Positions 7,944 through 15,569 of a DNA stretch of 24,000 bases are shown piece by piece; position 1 is the first letter of the stretch; each line of letters opens with the position of its first letter. Below the pieces are notes generated by a model. That model was given only the letters and a program-made list of their open reading frames with translations, was not told the DNA's origin and made no database searches. A program made the translations under genes and the position numbers. Source of the DNA: Clostridiales bacterium (GTDB lineage: Bacteria > Bacillota > Clostridia > DSM-8532). Where the stretch lies: assembly GCA_036729925.1 (NCBI GenBank), contig DAIMRG010000040.1, forward strand, positions 1-24,000, in the 5' to 3' direction.

Positions 7944-10417
7944 ACAAACCCCATCCTTTTTAAATGAGATTTGACCTTGCTTTCCAGCTCTGCAACTACC
8001 GCCTCACATTCAGGCAGGGTAAACTCATATCGATCCACCAGTTCAGAAACGCGGGAAGAAAGCCGGTGCGAAACAGAAGAATGAATGGTATCAATTCCAT
8101 TATAAATCGCATGAAACCACTTTTCCTCCACCAGAAGCTGTTTAATTTCCGCATCGGTCAGTTGCTCGTATTTTTCCCTGGCCGCCATGTCTAACATAGC
8201 GTTGAATTCCTTAATCAGCTTCTTGGCATCCGACTCAATCCCTGAAAGGCGCAGGTATTCCTGCAAAACCTCAATCTCCGCCGCACTGTCGGCATCGTTT
8301 GTAATCGACATTATACGAACCTTAATTGTGGCAGCTTTCATATCGTCTAAAGATGAAAAACATCCATCGTCACCGCTGTTTTCTTCCACCAATTCTTCAA
8401 GCTGTGCCGAGATGCCGTCAAGTTCTCCCTGATACTTTTGCAGCGCTTTCAGTTCGTCGAGATAAAAGTGTTCAATTAGCAAGGATTTCGGGATGATTTC
8501 ACCGTCATAGCTTTTGACCCTGTCGGTCTTTTCCTCGACCGTCGTGCCGTTGACTTTTTTCTTTTTCGTCACATACGCATAAACAATTTTACGGCCAATG
8601 CCATAACCTTCAAAACAGACGGCATATACATCGTCCTGCATGGTCTCTGCCCAATACTCCATTAGTTTTTGGTAGACATCGTATTTATCAATCAATGGAA
8701 CATCAGAAAATGCCGTAAGAAGCGCTTCCGACAGTTCATGGATAATCGCTTTCGGGTCATCCCCCTTGCAGAGGTTCATCAGTTTGGAAGTAACCTGCTC
8801 TTTCCAGGCCGTATAAGCACGGTCTACCATATTGGCATGATAAATAAACTCAGGATGAGAGGTAATTGTGCCAACCACATCATCTTTTAAGATTACCGAC
8901 TGGAAATAACCATCGCGCAAAGGCTTGAAAAGCATTTCCTTCATAAAAGGGTACACTTCCCAATATTCAGCCATGCTGTCTATATCGGCGGCCGGAACGC
9001 CACCGTTCAAATGGGCGTTGATATCCTGTAAATCCTCCGGCTCACTGCTGTCAATGTAGCGGGGAATGTTCAGGTTGTATTCGTTGGTTATTTTTATTTC
9101 ATCATTGGGAATAAAGCGCGAGTACTTTTCTATCTGTATCTGGTTATTGAACACCGTAACGATTTTATGAATATCCTGCTCACGCAGGCGATTTTTATTG
9201 CCATCCTTAACGAACTCTTTGGAAGCGTTGATTACAAAGATGCCCTGGCGTTCGGCAGCATCTTCCTTGTCGATTACGATGATGCATGCGGGAATACCCG
9301 TTCCAAAAAACAGGTTGGCGGTCAGACCGATAATGCCCTTGATATACCCACGGTCAACAATTTCCTTACGGATATCCGCCTCTGCGTTACCGCGAAACAG
9401 TACGCCATGTGGCAAAATAATGGCTGCTTTTCCCGTTGATTTTAGGGAGCGCAACACGTGCAGGAACCAAGCATAATCGCCGTTTTTTTCCGGCGGCACC
9501 TTGTATCCGTCGAATCGTCCATAAAGTTCCGTGGCATTATCGCCTTTGACGGTGATGTTCATTCCATCCATCCAAGACTTGTCCGAGAACGGCGGATTCA
9601 TGACGATATAGTCGAAGGTTTTGAGAAGATTGGGATTGCGTTCATCCTTAAACTGCGGGTTAGCAAGAGTGCTTTTGTTGCCTGCCACTTCTGCCGCCGC
9701 CATATTGTGCAAAACAAAATTCATACGGGCAAGACCGGCTGTTTCCTTCGTTTTCTCCTGCCCAAAGATAGCCACATTCGGCGTGCCGTCTGATTTTTTA
9801 GGAGCGGCATCCGCTGCGCGGATTAGTAGCGAGCCCGAGCCGCATGCCGGATCGTAAAGCGTTTTATCTGAGCCGGTTGCCTTGTCAATCCCGATAACCT
9901 GCGCCATGATGCGAGAAACCTCTCCAGGTGTATAAAACTGTCCTTTGCTTTTACCCGACTCCACCGCAAAGTTTTTCATCAAGTATTCGTATGCGTCACC
10001 AAGGATATCATCGCCACCGGCACGGTTGTATGTAAAATCAAGTTCCGGCTTCTGAAAAATCTCAATTAAACCGGAAAGCTTGTCCACGGCCTCTTTATCA
10101 GTGCCAAGTTCCTCGCTGTTAAAGTCAGCAATATCAATGATGCCTTTTAGCTCGTTAGCATCAGCCAGCGCGCCAATAATAACATTGATTCCTTCACCAA
10201 TGTTCTTCGTTCCTTTGAGTTTAATAATATCATCAAAACTTCCGCCTTGCGGGACTTCTATATCCCACGCGTCATTACTTTTGAAACGATCAGAGACATA
10301 TTTCACGAACAGCAAAGTCAATATATAGTCTTTATATCGCGCCGGTTCTACACCTCCGCGCAGTTTATCACATGCAGCCCAAATTTGGTTGTAAATTTCA
10401 CTTTTCTTAATGGCCAT
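7937..10417 (-). CDS. hsdM: Type I RM N6-adenine DNA methyltransferase subunit (HsdM), long form
   Basis: 826-aa ORF. It has the HsdM N-terminal domain (IWAACDKLRGGVEPARYKDYILTLLFVKYVSDRF), SAM motif I (LYDPACGSGSLL) and catalytic motif IV (IVMNPPFSDKSW). A long helical C-terminal region follows. Confidence 0.9.
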   Translation of the reverse strand: MAIKKSEIYNQIWAACDKLRGGVEPARYKDYILTLLFVKYVSDRFKSNDAWDIEVPQGGSFDDIIKLKGTKNIGEGINVIIGALADANELKGIIDIADFNSEELGTDKEAVDKLSGLIEIFQKPELDFTYNRAGGDDILGDAYEYLMKNFAVESGKSKGQFYTPGEVSRIMAQVIGIDKATGSDKTLYDPACGSGSLLIRAADAAPKKSDGTPNVAIFGQEKTKETAGLARMNFVLHNMAAAEVAGNKSTLANPQFKDERNPNLLKTFDYIVMNPPFSDKSWMDGMNITVKGDNATELYGRFDGYKVPPEKNGDYAWFLHVLRSLKSTGKAAIILPHGVLFRGNAEADIRKEIVDRGYIKGIIGLTANLFFGTGIPACIIVIDKEDAAERQGIFVINASKEFVKDGNKNRLREQDIHKIVTVFNNQIQIEKYSRFIPNDEIKITNEYNLNIPRYIDSSEPEDLQDINAHLNGGVPAADIDSMAEYWEVYPFMKEMLFKPLRDGYFQSVILKDDVVGTITSHPEFIYHANMVDRAYTAWKEQVTSKLMNLCKGDDPKAIIHELSEALLTAFSDVPLIDKYDVYQKLMEYWAETMQDDVYAVCFEGYGIGRKIVYAYVTKKKKVNGTTVEEKTDRVKSYDGEIIPKSLLIEHFYLDELKALQKYQGELDGISAQLEELVEENSGDDGCFSSLDDMKAATIKVRIMSITNDADSAAEIEVLQEYLRLSGIESDAKKLIKEFNAMLDMAAREKYEQLTDAEIKQLLVEEKWFHAIYNGIDTIHSSVSHRLSSRVSELVDRYEFTLPECEAVVAELESKVKSHLKRMGFVW

Positions 10418-10422
10418 AACTG

Positions 10423-10662
10423 TTAGTTTACTCCTCTGCCTTTTTCTTGAAGCATGGCTTCAGCCTCTATGCCATGCTGCTCACAAAAGGCAAAGAATAC
10501 CGACTTTGCCATCTTGTTCGGGTGGGTTTTGCCGTTTTCCCACCTGTTAATTGTCGTAAAACTTATTTTTAAGGCATGCGCCATTTCTTCTTGGCTCATG
10601 CCCAATTTATCGCGTGCATATTTCACAACTGAAGGAAAATCCATCGGCTTCACCTCACGCAC
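10423..10662 (-). CDS. XRE-family HTH protein, likely controller of the RM operon
   Basis: HTH_3 pattern: LGMSQEEMAHALKISFTTINRWENGKTHP. It sits 5 nt upstream of hsdM. The listed start at 10662 is GTG. ATG at 10644 with gaggtg 6 nt upstream is the more likely start, giving 73 aa. Confidence 0.75.
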   Translation of the reverse strand: MREVKPMDFPSVVKYARDKLGMSQEEMAHALKISFTTINRWENGKTHPNKMAKSVFFAFCEQHGIEAEAMLQEKGRGVN

Positions 10663-10664
10663 AT

Positions 10665-10673
10665 ATTATAGCA
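10665..10673 (-). promoter_or_regulatory. Extended -10 promoter element (TGcTATAAT) for the RM operon
   Basis: The minus strand reads tgctataat immediately upstream of the HTH gene. There is no good -35. TGCTAT is repeated 12 bp upstream (10680-10685 on the plus strand as atagca). Confidence 0.35.
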
Positions 10674-10891
10674 TATGACATAGCACTTGTGTTACTTTTT
10701 TACAATTTTAGAATATAGTGTTTTGAATATTCACTCCATACGAAAGGAAATCTTATTCCTTTTACCTCTTTTCAAAGCTAACTACTCCCTGACAGCACCG
10801 CTTTTCTTTTCAACTTTAATAGAGAATATAATCGATTAGTTCATAGCAACCAGCCAACATAAAATTAAAACATTTTCGAGGTGATATAATC

Positions 10892-11115
10892 ATGTTCAAC
10901 GACTACCAAGACATCCTAACCGTATATGAGCTATGTGAAATTCTATCCATCGGCAAAAACTCTGCCTACAGCATCCTAAACTCCGGATCAGATCAAAGCC
11001 TCAAGAACAACCGATATGGAAAATCCCGAAATTCGCGGTAATCGATTATGTCTTAAACAGTAGTGGCATGAAAGGTGCAGTTAATCCGACTACTGCTTTT
11101 ACCAGGATCAACTGA
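10892..11115 (+). pseudogene. Excisionase-type (MerR-like HTH_17) DNA-binding gene, doubly frameshifted
   Basis: ATG 10892 with RBS gaggtga. Frame 1 reads MFNDYQDILTVYELCEILSIGKNSAYSILNSG. A second frame continues DQIKASR, and a third continues IWKIPKFAVIDYVLNSSG... ending at TGA 11113-11115. Together they rebuild the canonical excisionase pattern (lt..E.a..L.is..t.Y.l...G.i.a.kig..w.Ipk.av.dy). Confidence 0.5.
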
Positions 11116-11195
11116 CCCCGGTTATCAGTGAAACTAAGCCAGGCAATATTTAATCATGCTTTTTCATTAAATGGTCCGCAAACCACCTAAAACAA

Positions 11196-11236
11196 ATCAA
11201 GCCTTCCGACCAAATCGCCGGAAGGCTTGATTTTAC
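11196..11236. terminator. Bidirectional intrinsic terminator at the 3' end of the tRNA
   Basis: The stem atcaagccttccg (11196-11208) pairs with cggaaggcttgat (11219-11231). T-runs follow on both strands. Confidence 0.6.
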
Positions 11237-11311
11237 TGGAGCGGGTGACGAGATTCGAACTCGCGACCCACGGCTTGGGAAGCCGGTACTCTACCACTGA
11301 GCTACACCCGC
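11237..11311 (-). tRNA. tRNA-Gly (anticodon CCC), CCA encoded
   Basis: The reverse complement is GCGGGTGTAGCTCAGTGGTAGAGTACCGGCTTCCCAAGCCGTGGGTCGCGAGTTCGAATCTCGTCACCCGCTCCA. It folds as a cloverleaf: a 7-bp acceptor stem, a D arm (GCTC/GAGT), an anticodon loop TTCCCAA and a T arm (GCGAG-TTCGAAT-CTCGT). Confidence 0.9.
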
Positions 11312-11344
11312 ATAGTATTTGATTTTACTGGATTTGTAAGGTTT

Positions 11345-11476
11345 CAATAAATTTGCTTCTACCAAAATATCTCGAAAAACGGCTTCGGCTTCCCGAAGCA
11401 GTATCTTCATGCCCGAAAAGCCAGTGTTTTCAACCTTTCCGCCGATTTTTACCGGCTTCCTAAAGCAAATTTATTG
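11345..11476. repeat. 14-bp perfect inverted repeat flanking a 104-bp spacer
   Basis: caataaatttgctt (11345-11358) is the exact reverse complement of aagcaaatttattg (11463-11476). The spacer holds an internal hairpin gcttcgg-cttc-ccgaagc and repeated cggcttc motifs. Confidence 0.6.
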
Positions 11477-11580
11477 TACACTATCTGTGTATAAAAATCA
11501 AGTGCGAGTGATTTCCATTGTCTCAACTTTTGGAATACATCAATATATAGTTAGAATATAAATATAGTGTTGATAAATTA

Positions 11581-11609
11581 TTGACATGCATATATTCAGC
11601 AGGTATAAT
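11581..11609 (+). promoter_or_regulatory. Consensus sigma-A/sigma-70 promoter
   Basis: TTGACA (11581-11586), a 17-nt spacer and TATAAT (11604-11609), preceded by an AT-rich UP-like tract. It lies 34 nt upstream of ATG 11643. Confidence 0.7.
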
Positions 11610-11642
11610 TATTGTACAAAATAAATTAATGGGGTTGATAAC

Positions 11643-12281
11643 ATGTCGATTGAAGCACAGGATAAGCCAAAAGTACAACAAATCTACGTTCCAGCAGCGA
11701 AAGTGGAAATGTTTAATAGGGCTAAAGAAATCTTTAACGAGTCGTTATCTGCCGTGATTGTAAATCATTTAAGTGAATTGGTGGAAAAACGAGAAGCCGA
11801 ACTCATTGGAATGTCAGAACATATCATTGAGATAGGAACTTGGCCACCAAACTATTATAAGTACGGGCAAAAGAATAGCCGAAAAAGATTCTTTGGTAAG
11901 TTGATTCATAAAGCAGATAAAACCCTTTCTGCAGGAACAAATGCTTTTGCTGTTGACTATGCCATCTACGCCACAAAAGGTAATAACTTTCTATTGTATT
12001 ATCATATCCACTATCTCGGAATAGGTGGAAATATGGAAGAGAGTACATACTCAGCCGCTGACTACAAGGTCGTCAAATTTTTGTTCGACGAGGAAAAGCA
12101 AGCCATTAACGAAGATATCCTAGAAGTTGACTGGAGCAATCTGACAGGCATCCCATCATATTATGAGTCCGGAAATTCTATGCCAATTTCATTCCCAAAA
12201 AAAATGACGGTTCCTTTACAATTCTTAGAAGAGGCTTTAGATATATTGGATAAAGTTCCCATTGAGGATTTAGATATCTAA
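11643..12281 (+). CDS. Hypothetical protein, EXLDI-family-like (C-terminus ...PIEDLDI)
   Basis: 212-aa ORF. The N-terminus (IYVPAAKVEMFNRAKEIFNESLSAVIVNHLSELVEKRE) and the terminal E-x-L-D-I match my recollection of the uncharacterised EXLDI protein family. I could not run a search. Confidence 0.5.
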   Translation: MSIEAQDKPKVQQIYVPAAKVEMFNRAKEIFNESLSAVIVNHLSELVEKREAELIGMSEHIIEIGTWPPNYYKYGQKNSRKRFFGKLIHKADKTLSAGTNAFAVDYAIYATKGNNFLLYYHIHYLGIGGNMEESTYSAADYKVVKFLFDEEKQAINEDILEVDWSNLTGIPSYYESGNSMPISFPKKMTVPLQFLEEALDILDKVPIEDLDI

Positions 12282-12294
12282 GGAGGTATATGAA

Positions 12295-12477
12295 ATGGGT
12301 TTAGTCGGCTTATTGGCAAACGTAGCAAAAGGGGCCGCGATTGGTATTGCTACAATAACGGCACTACCAATTGCAGGAACAGTTGGCACAATCACAGCCA
12401 CTGGTGCAACAATATCCTCTGTAGTTGGAGGAGTTGCCGGAGCATACGACTACGTCACCGAAGAGAACAAAAAATAA
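12295..12477 (+). CDS. Small hydrophobic Gly/Ala/Thr-rich (glycine-zipper-like) membrane peptide
   Basis: 60-aa ORF with a strong RBS (aaggagg) 7 nt upstream, 13 nt after the preceding stop. Sequence: MGLVGLLANVAKGAAIGIATITALPIAGTVGTITATGATISSVVGGVAGAYDYVTEENKK. It is hydrophobic with a charged tail, and a terminator follows. Confidence 0.6.
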   Translation: MGLVGLLANVAKGAAIGIATITALPIAGTVGTITATGATISSVVGGVAGAYDYVTEENKK

Positions 12478-12484
12478 CACGAGA

Positions 12485-12520
12485 AAGAGGCACTGATTCT
12501 TTGCAGTAGCCTCTTTTTTT
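12485..12520 (+). terminator. Intrinsic terminator of the EXLDI-peptide operon
   Basis: An imperfect stem aagaggcactg / cagtagcctctt is followed by a T7 run (12514-12520). Confidence 0.55.
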
Positions 12521-12781
12521 ACTGTCATATTCTTTTGTGTTTTTGATGGCCTTGTCATGGTCACTATCTTGACTTGCGACACTGCTTTTAAATAAAAACG
12601 AGGCTTAAGGCCTGCCGGAATATCCTTATCCGATGTCTCCCCTGCACCGATTACTAGTTTTTTATAAGTGTATCCAAAATGCAGTTGTTACCTACGAAAT
12701 TTATTGAAAATTGTTGAGCACAGAATATTTATTACAAAAGACGCTGATTTGAGTGTCCTTTTGTATACTTTTCGGACGATG

Positions 12782-13765
12782 TTAATCCTGGATTATAATC
12801 AAATCACTGTATTCACTCATAGAACCTATTTCTATTTCAACGGGTTCTAATTTTTCAACGGGTTTAAATGGTATAAATACTATTCTATATTCAAGTTGAT
12901 ACCAAAAATCAAATAACTTAGTTCCAAAGACATTCAACGGTCCCGGCGGAGGATTAAGCGGGTCTATATATAATATTGGAACCCCAAATCCATGACCTTT
13001 TAGTGTCAAAATTCTTCTTACCGATTCAACCACGTCACTCACAAACCGTTCTGGATTTCGTACAACAAGACAAGCATTGCTCTTAAAATCTCGGAATAAT
13101 CTCACGTCAGCCTCTTTTGCCATACAGTAAAGATAATAGTCTGATGAAGACTTTAAACATAGCCTTATATTTCCAATAGGCTTTAGTGGTGTTTTTTGTT
13201 CATCCTGTATAATTCTCACTCTATTAGGATGCAAAGCCAACTCCCGCCTTAGTTCATCATCTCGTTGGGCCTTATTCAAACTACTGTCTGTATACGCTGA
13301 TGCAGGTTTTATCAATATTGTCCCATTTCGATACATTTTAGCAAGATGTTCTTTATCTCCATACTTAACAAAATAGGGAGCGCGGGGAAAGGTTATCGTT
13401 TTCATTTTGCTAATTACGGTTTCAATATTGGGAAAAGAAATTAACTTTCCTAAATCCTGTGCAATTTCTGGCGGAGGAAACTGGCTTCCCTTTAAGGAAA
13501 GTTCCGTTTGTATTTCAGTAATAATTGGCGACCAGAACTTACTCCTTTCATCTGGTAATCTTAAAGAAATTTTGCCGTCTTGGTTTATCGTAATAAAGTT
13601 ATACAAAACATTTAAGCACCGCTGAAATAGTTCTTCCTTGGGTAAATACTCCATATATCTATCATTCAGATAATTCATTCGCCATAAATCTGAATTTCTA
13701 ATTTTTTGCATAAACATTCCCCCGTAACCAAAAGGTTTAAATCTACTTAATCTTATATCAGCCAT
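12782..13765 (-). CDS. Hypothetical protein, DUF2971-like pattern
   Basis: 327-aa ORF. Several segments recall DUF2971-type proteins by eye: YFVKYGDKEHLAKMYRNGTILIKPASAYTD...RDDEL, YYLYCMAKEADVRLFRDF and FGTKLFDFWYQLEYRIVF. A better start may be ATG 13717 or 13711, preceded by gggggaa. Confidence 0.45.
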   Translation of the reverse strand: MADIRLSRFKPFGYGGMFMQKIRNSDLWRMNYLNDRYMEYLPKEELFQRCLNVLYNFITINQDGKISLRLPDERSKFWSPIITEIQTELSLKGSQFPPPEIAQDLGKLISFPNIETVISKMKTITFPRAPYFVKYGDKEHLAKMYRNGTILIKPASAYTDSSLNKAQRDDELRRELALHPNRVRIIQDEQKTPLKPIGNIRLCLKSSSDYYLYCMAKEADVRLFRDFKSNACLVVRNPERFVSDVVESVRRILTLKGHGFGVPILYIDPLNPPPGPLNVFGTKLFDFWYQLEYRIVFIPFKPVEKLEPVEIEIGSMSEYSDLIIIQD

Positions 13766-13855
13766 AAATAACGGTTACAATGTCATAATTACCTCTGTCT
13801 GTATTTGTCTATTCCCAATCAGGTAAAGTTTTACTTTTGGTTTCAATACATTTAA

Positions 13856-14137
13856 TTAGCGAAGCCTAAAAATATCCACTGTCCTACTTATCTCGTCCTC
13901 AATTATATGGTTTTGGAAATCCCCCCCATGTACGGTGGTACTTCGAATGTCATATCGACGCAAAACTTCCGTCATATTTTGCAGCCCATTCATACGAACA
14001 GCCTCCTTTGCCAGATTATTTGGCTTCATGCCTAAATCTGCTAACCAATCTTTGATTCTGCTCAATAGCACTTTTGTAACCGGGCGGTCTGTTTTGCATC
14101 CAAATAGGGCGTCTAGGCCACACCATAATTGCGACAA
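13856..14137 (-). pseudogene. HEPN-domain (Rx4H) protein, N-terminally decayed
   Basis: 93-aa frame with LDALFG...LRRYDIRSTTVHGG, which is the R-x4-H HEPN signature in the usual C-terminal position. The listed start is TTG, directly after an in-frame TGA. The same frame and a neighbouring frame stay protein-like up to about 14340 (IGLPNHFIDALDL..., FSKIHLLYDTPRRLLNKEANQLSKQEINWIAQPLY). Confidence 0.45.
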
Positions 14138-14784
14138 CGCGATTCAACAATTGTCAGTATAGTTCCATGTATATACAATATTAAAAGTCAATCCAACCCT
14201 ACGTGATGAACTGAAGTTCCTAAGGTCTAAAGCGTCAATAAAGTGGTTGGGCAATCCAATTTATTTCTTGCTTTGAAAGTTGATTGGCCTCTTTATTCAA
14301 AAGACGACGTGGTGTATCATAGAGCAAGTGAATCTTACTGAATTATTAGGGGATATCGCGATAGTATCCCAAGAAACTGATGCACCGCATGGACAGAATA
14401 AATTAGAGCAACCTACCAACTTCATTAAAGCAACAAAGTGCCAGGACATGTCTAACAAGAACCTAGTGTCTAAGTTCCGATGATTACCTATAGCCAACTC
14501 ACTATTATGCTTATAGCCAGTGATAGTTTAATTTAGAATCATTTTGCAACAGCGCTGCGTTGGTTTATTCCTTTTAGCATGCTAATATGATATGATTGAT
14601 GGGAATCTAGCCATATAGAGAATGCCTATGCCCCCATGATAATTACATCTACAATAAATAAAGTAGATAATCCGTAGTACCCGGGTTATCTACTTATTCA
14701 CTCACAGCATAGAACAAAGCTGTTATTACTTCAATCCCCAGGCGAGCGGCAGTCTCTCGCCAGTTTTTGTTACCATTCGGACGG

Positions 14785-15204
14785 TTACGCATGAATTTTT
14801 TTTTCATCGTAGGTGGCACAATGCTGTTTAAAGGCTTCTTTAAATTGGATTTTGGCCCAGCCGCGCAGGTCCGGGTCACCACTTTCCATCAATTCTTTTA
14901 ATATATCAATCATCATTTTTAAGTCGGGGTCGAAAACGGCCTCGACTTTTTGTGTTGAATCCTGCCCTTTTCCTGTAAGTATCCAATCAATCGAATAATC
15001 AAATTTTTGATTAATAGCTTTTAAAGCAAGTGCGCCAGGCAATGATTTTCCTGTTTCCCAAGTACCAACATTCCCTTGAGAAATACCAAGTGCTTTAGCA
15101 AAGTTAGCCTGTGAAAGGCCAGCCTTTTTTCTTATCGCTTTTAGCCTTTCTGCAATCGCTTGTATCTCATGAGATTCTTGAGAATCCTGCATGGGAATCA
15201 TCAC
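14785..15204 (-). CDS. cI-like XRE-family repressor with a C-terminal helical domain
   Basis: 139-aa ORF with the HTH LSQANFAKALGISQGNVGTWETGKSLP. It is transcribed divergently from the Ner-like gene. Confidence 0.75.
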   Translation of the reverse strand: MMIPMQDSQESHEIQAIAERLKAIRKKAGLSQANFAKALGISQGNVGTWETGKSLPGALALKAINQKFDYSIDWILTGKGQDSTQKVEAVFDPDLKMMIDILKELMESGDPDLRGWAKIQFKEAFKQHCATYDEKKIHA

Positions 15205-15569
15205 ACCTTTTAAAAAAAAATAGAAAATTAGATTGGTCGTTCTTGAATATAATCAAAAATAAGATTATAATTAACCTGTAAAGATAAACTTGTTAATCTA
15301 TCATTCCCAAAAACACCACGTTTAACAAAACGTGGCGAAAGAAGGTAAAACAAGCGTGAATTATAGATTTTACGGGCGATTAATAATATTAGGACATATA
15401 TACGAGCCTCACGGAAACGATCAAGGGCGGGCGCTTTTATCCAAGGGGCGCACTACCCATAGATTTTCCGCTAAGGCGGGCGTAACCGTGAAGGCCGGTC
15501 AAGGGATAAAAGGAGGTGGAAAGGAGGCTTTTAACCCTAATTAAAAAATTTCTAAGGAGGTTTAAACCC

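Noticed and set aside
10708-11572. Similar strings agaatatagtgtt (10709-10721) and agaatataaatatagtgtt (11554-11572) on either side of the tRNA, considered as island-boundary direct repeats.
   Set aside because: They are short, AT-rich and interrupted by an indel. This is compatible with chance in AT-rich intergenic DNA.
15332-15544. A 70-aa plus-strand ORF (MAKEGKTSVNYRF...GGGKEAFNPN) in the cI/Ner intergenic region, and the antisense ORF at 15437-15694.
   Set aside because: It has a non-ATG start, no RBS and a Gly/Lys/Arg low-complexity sequence. The region is better explained as a regulatory leader.
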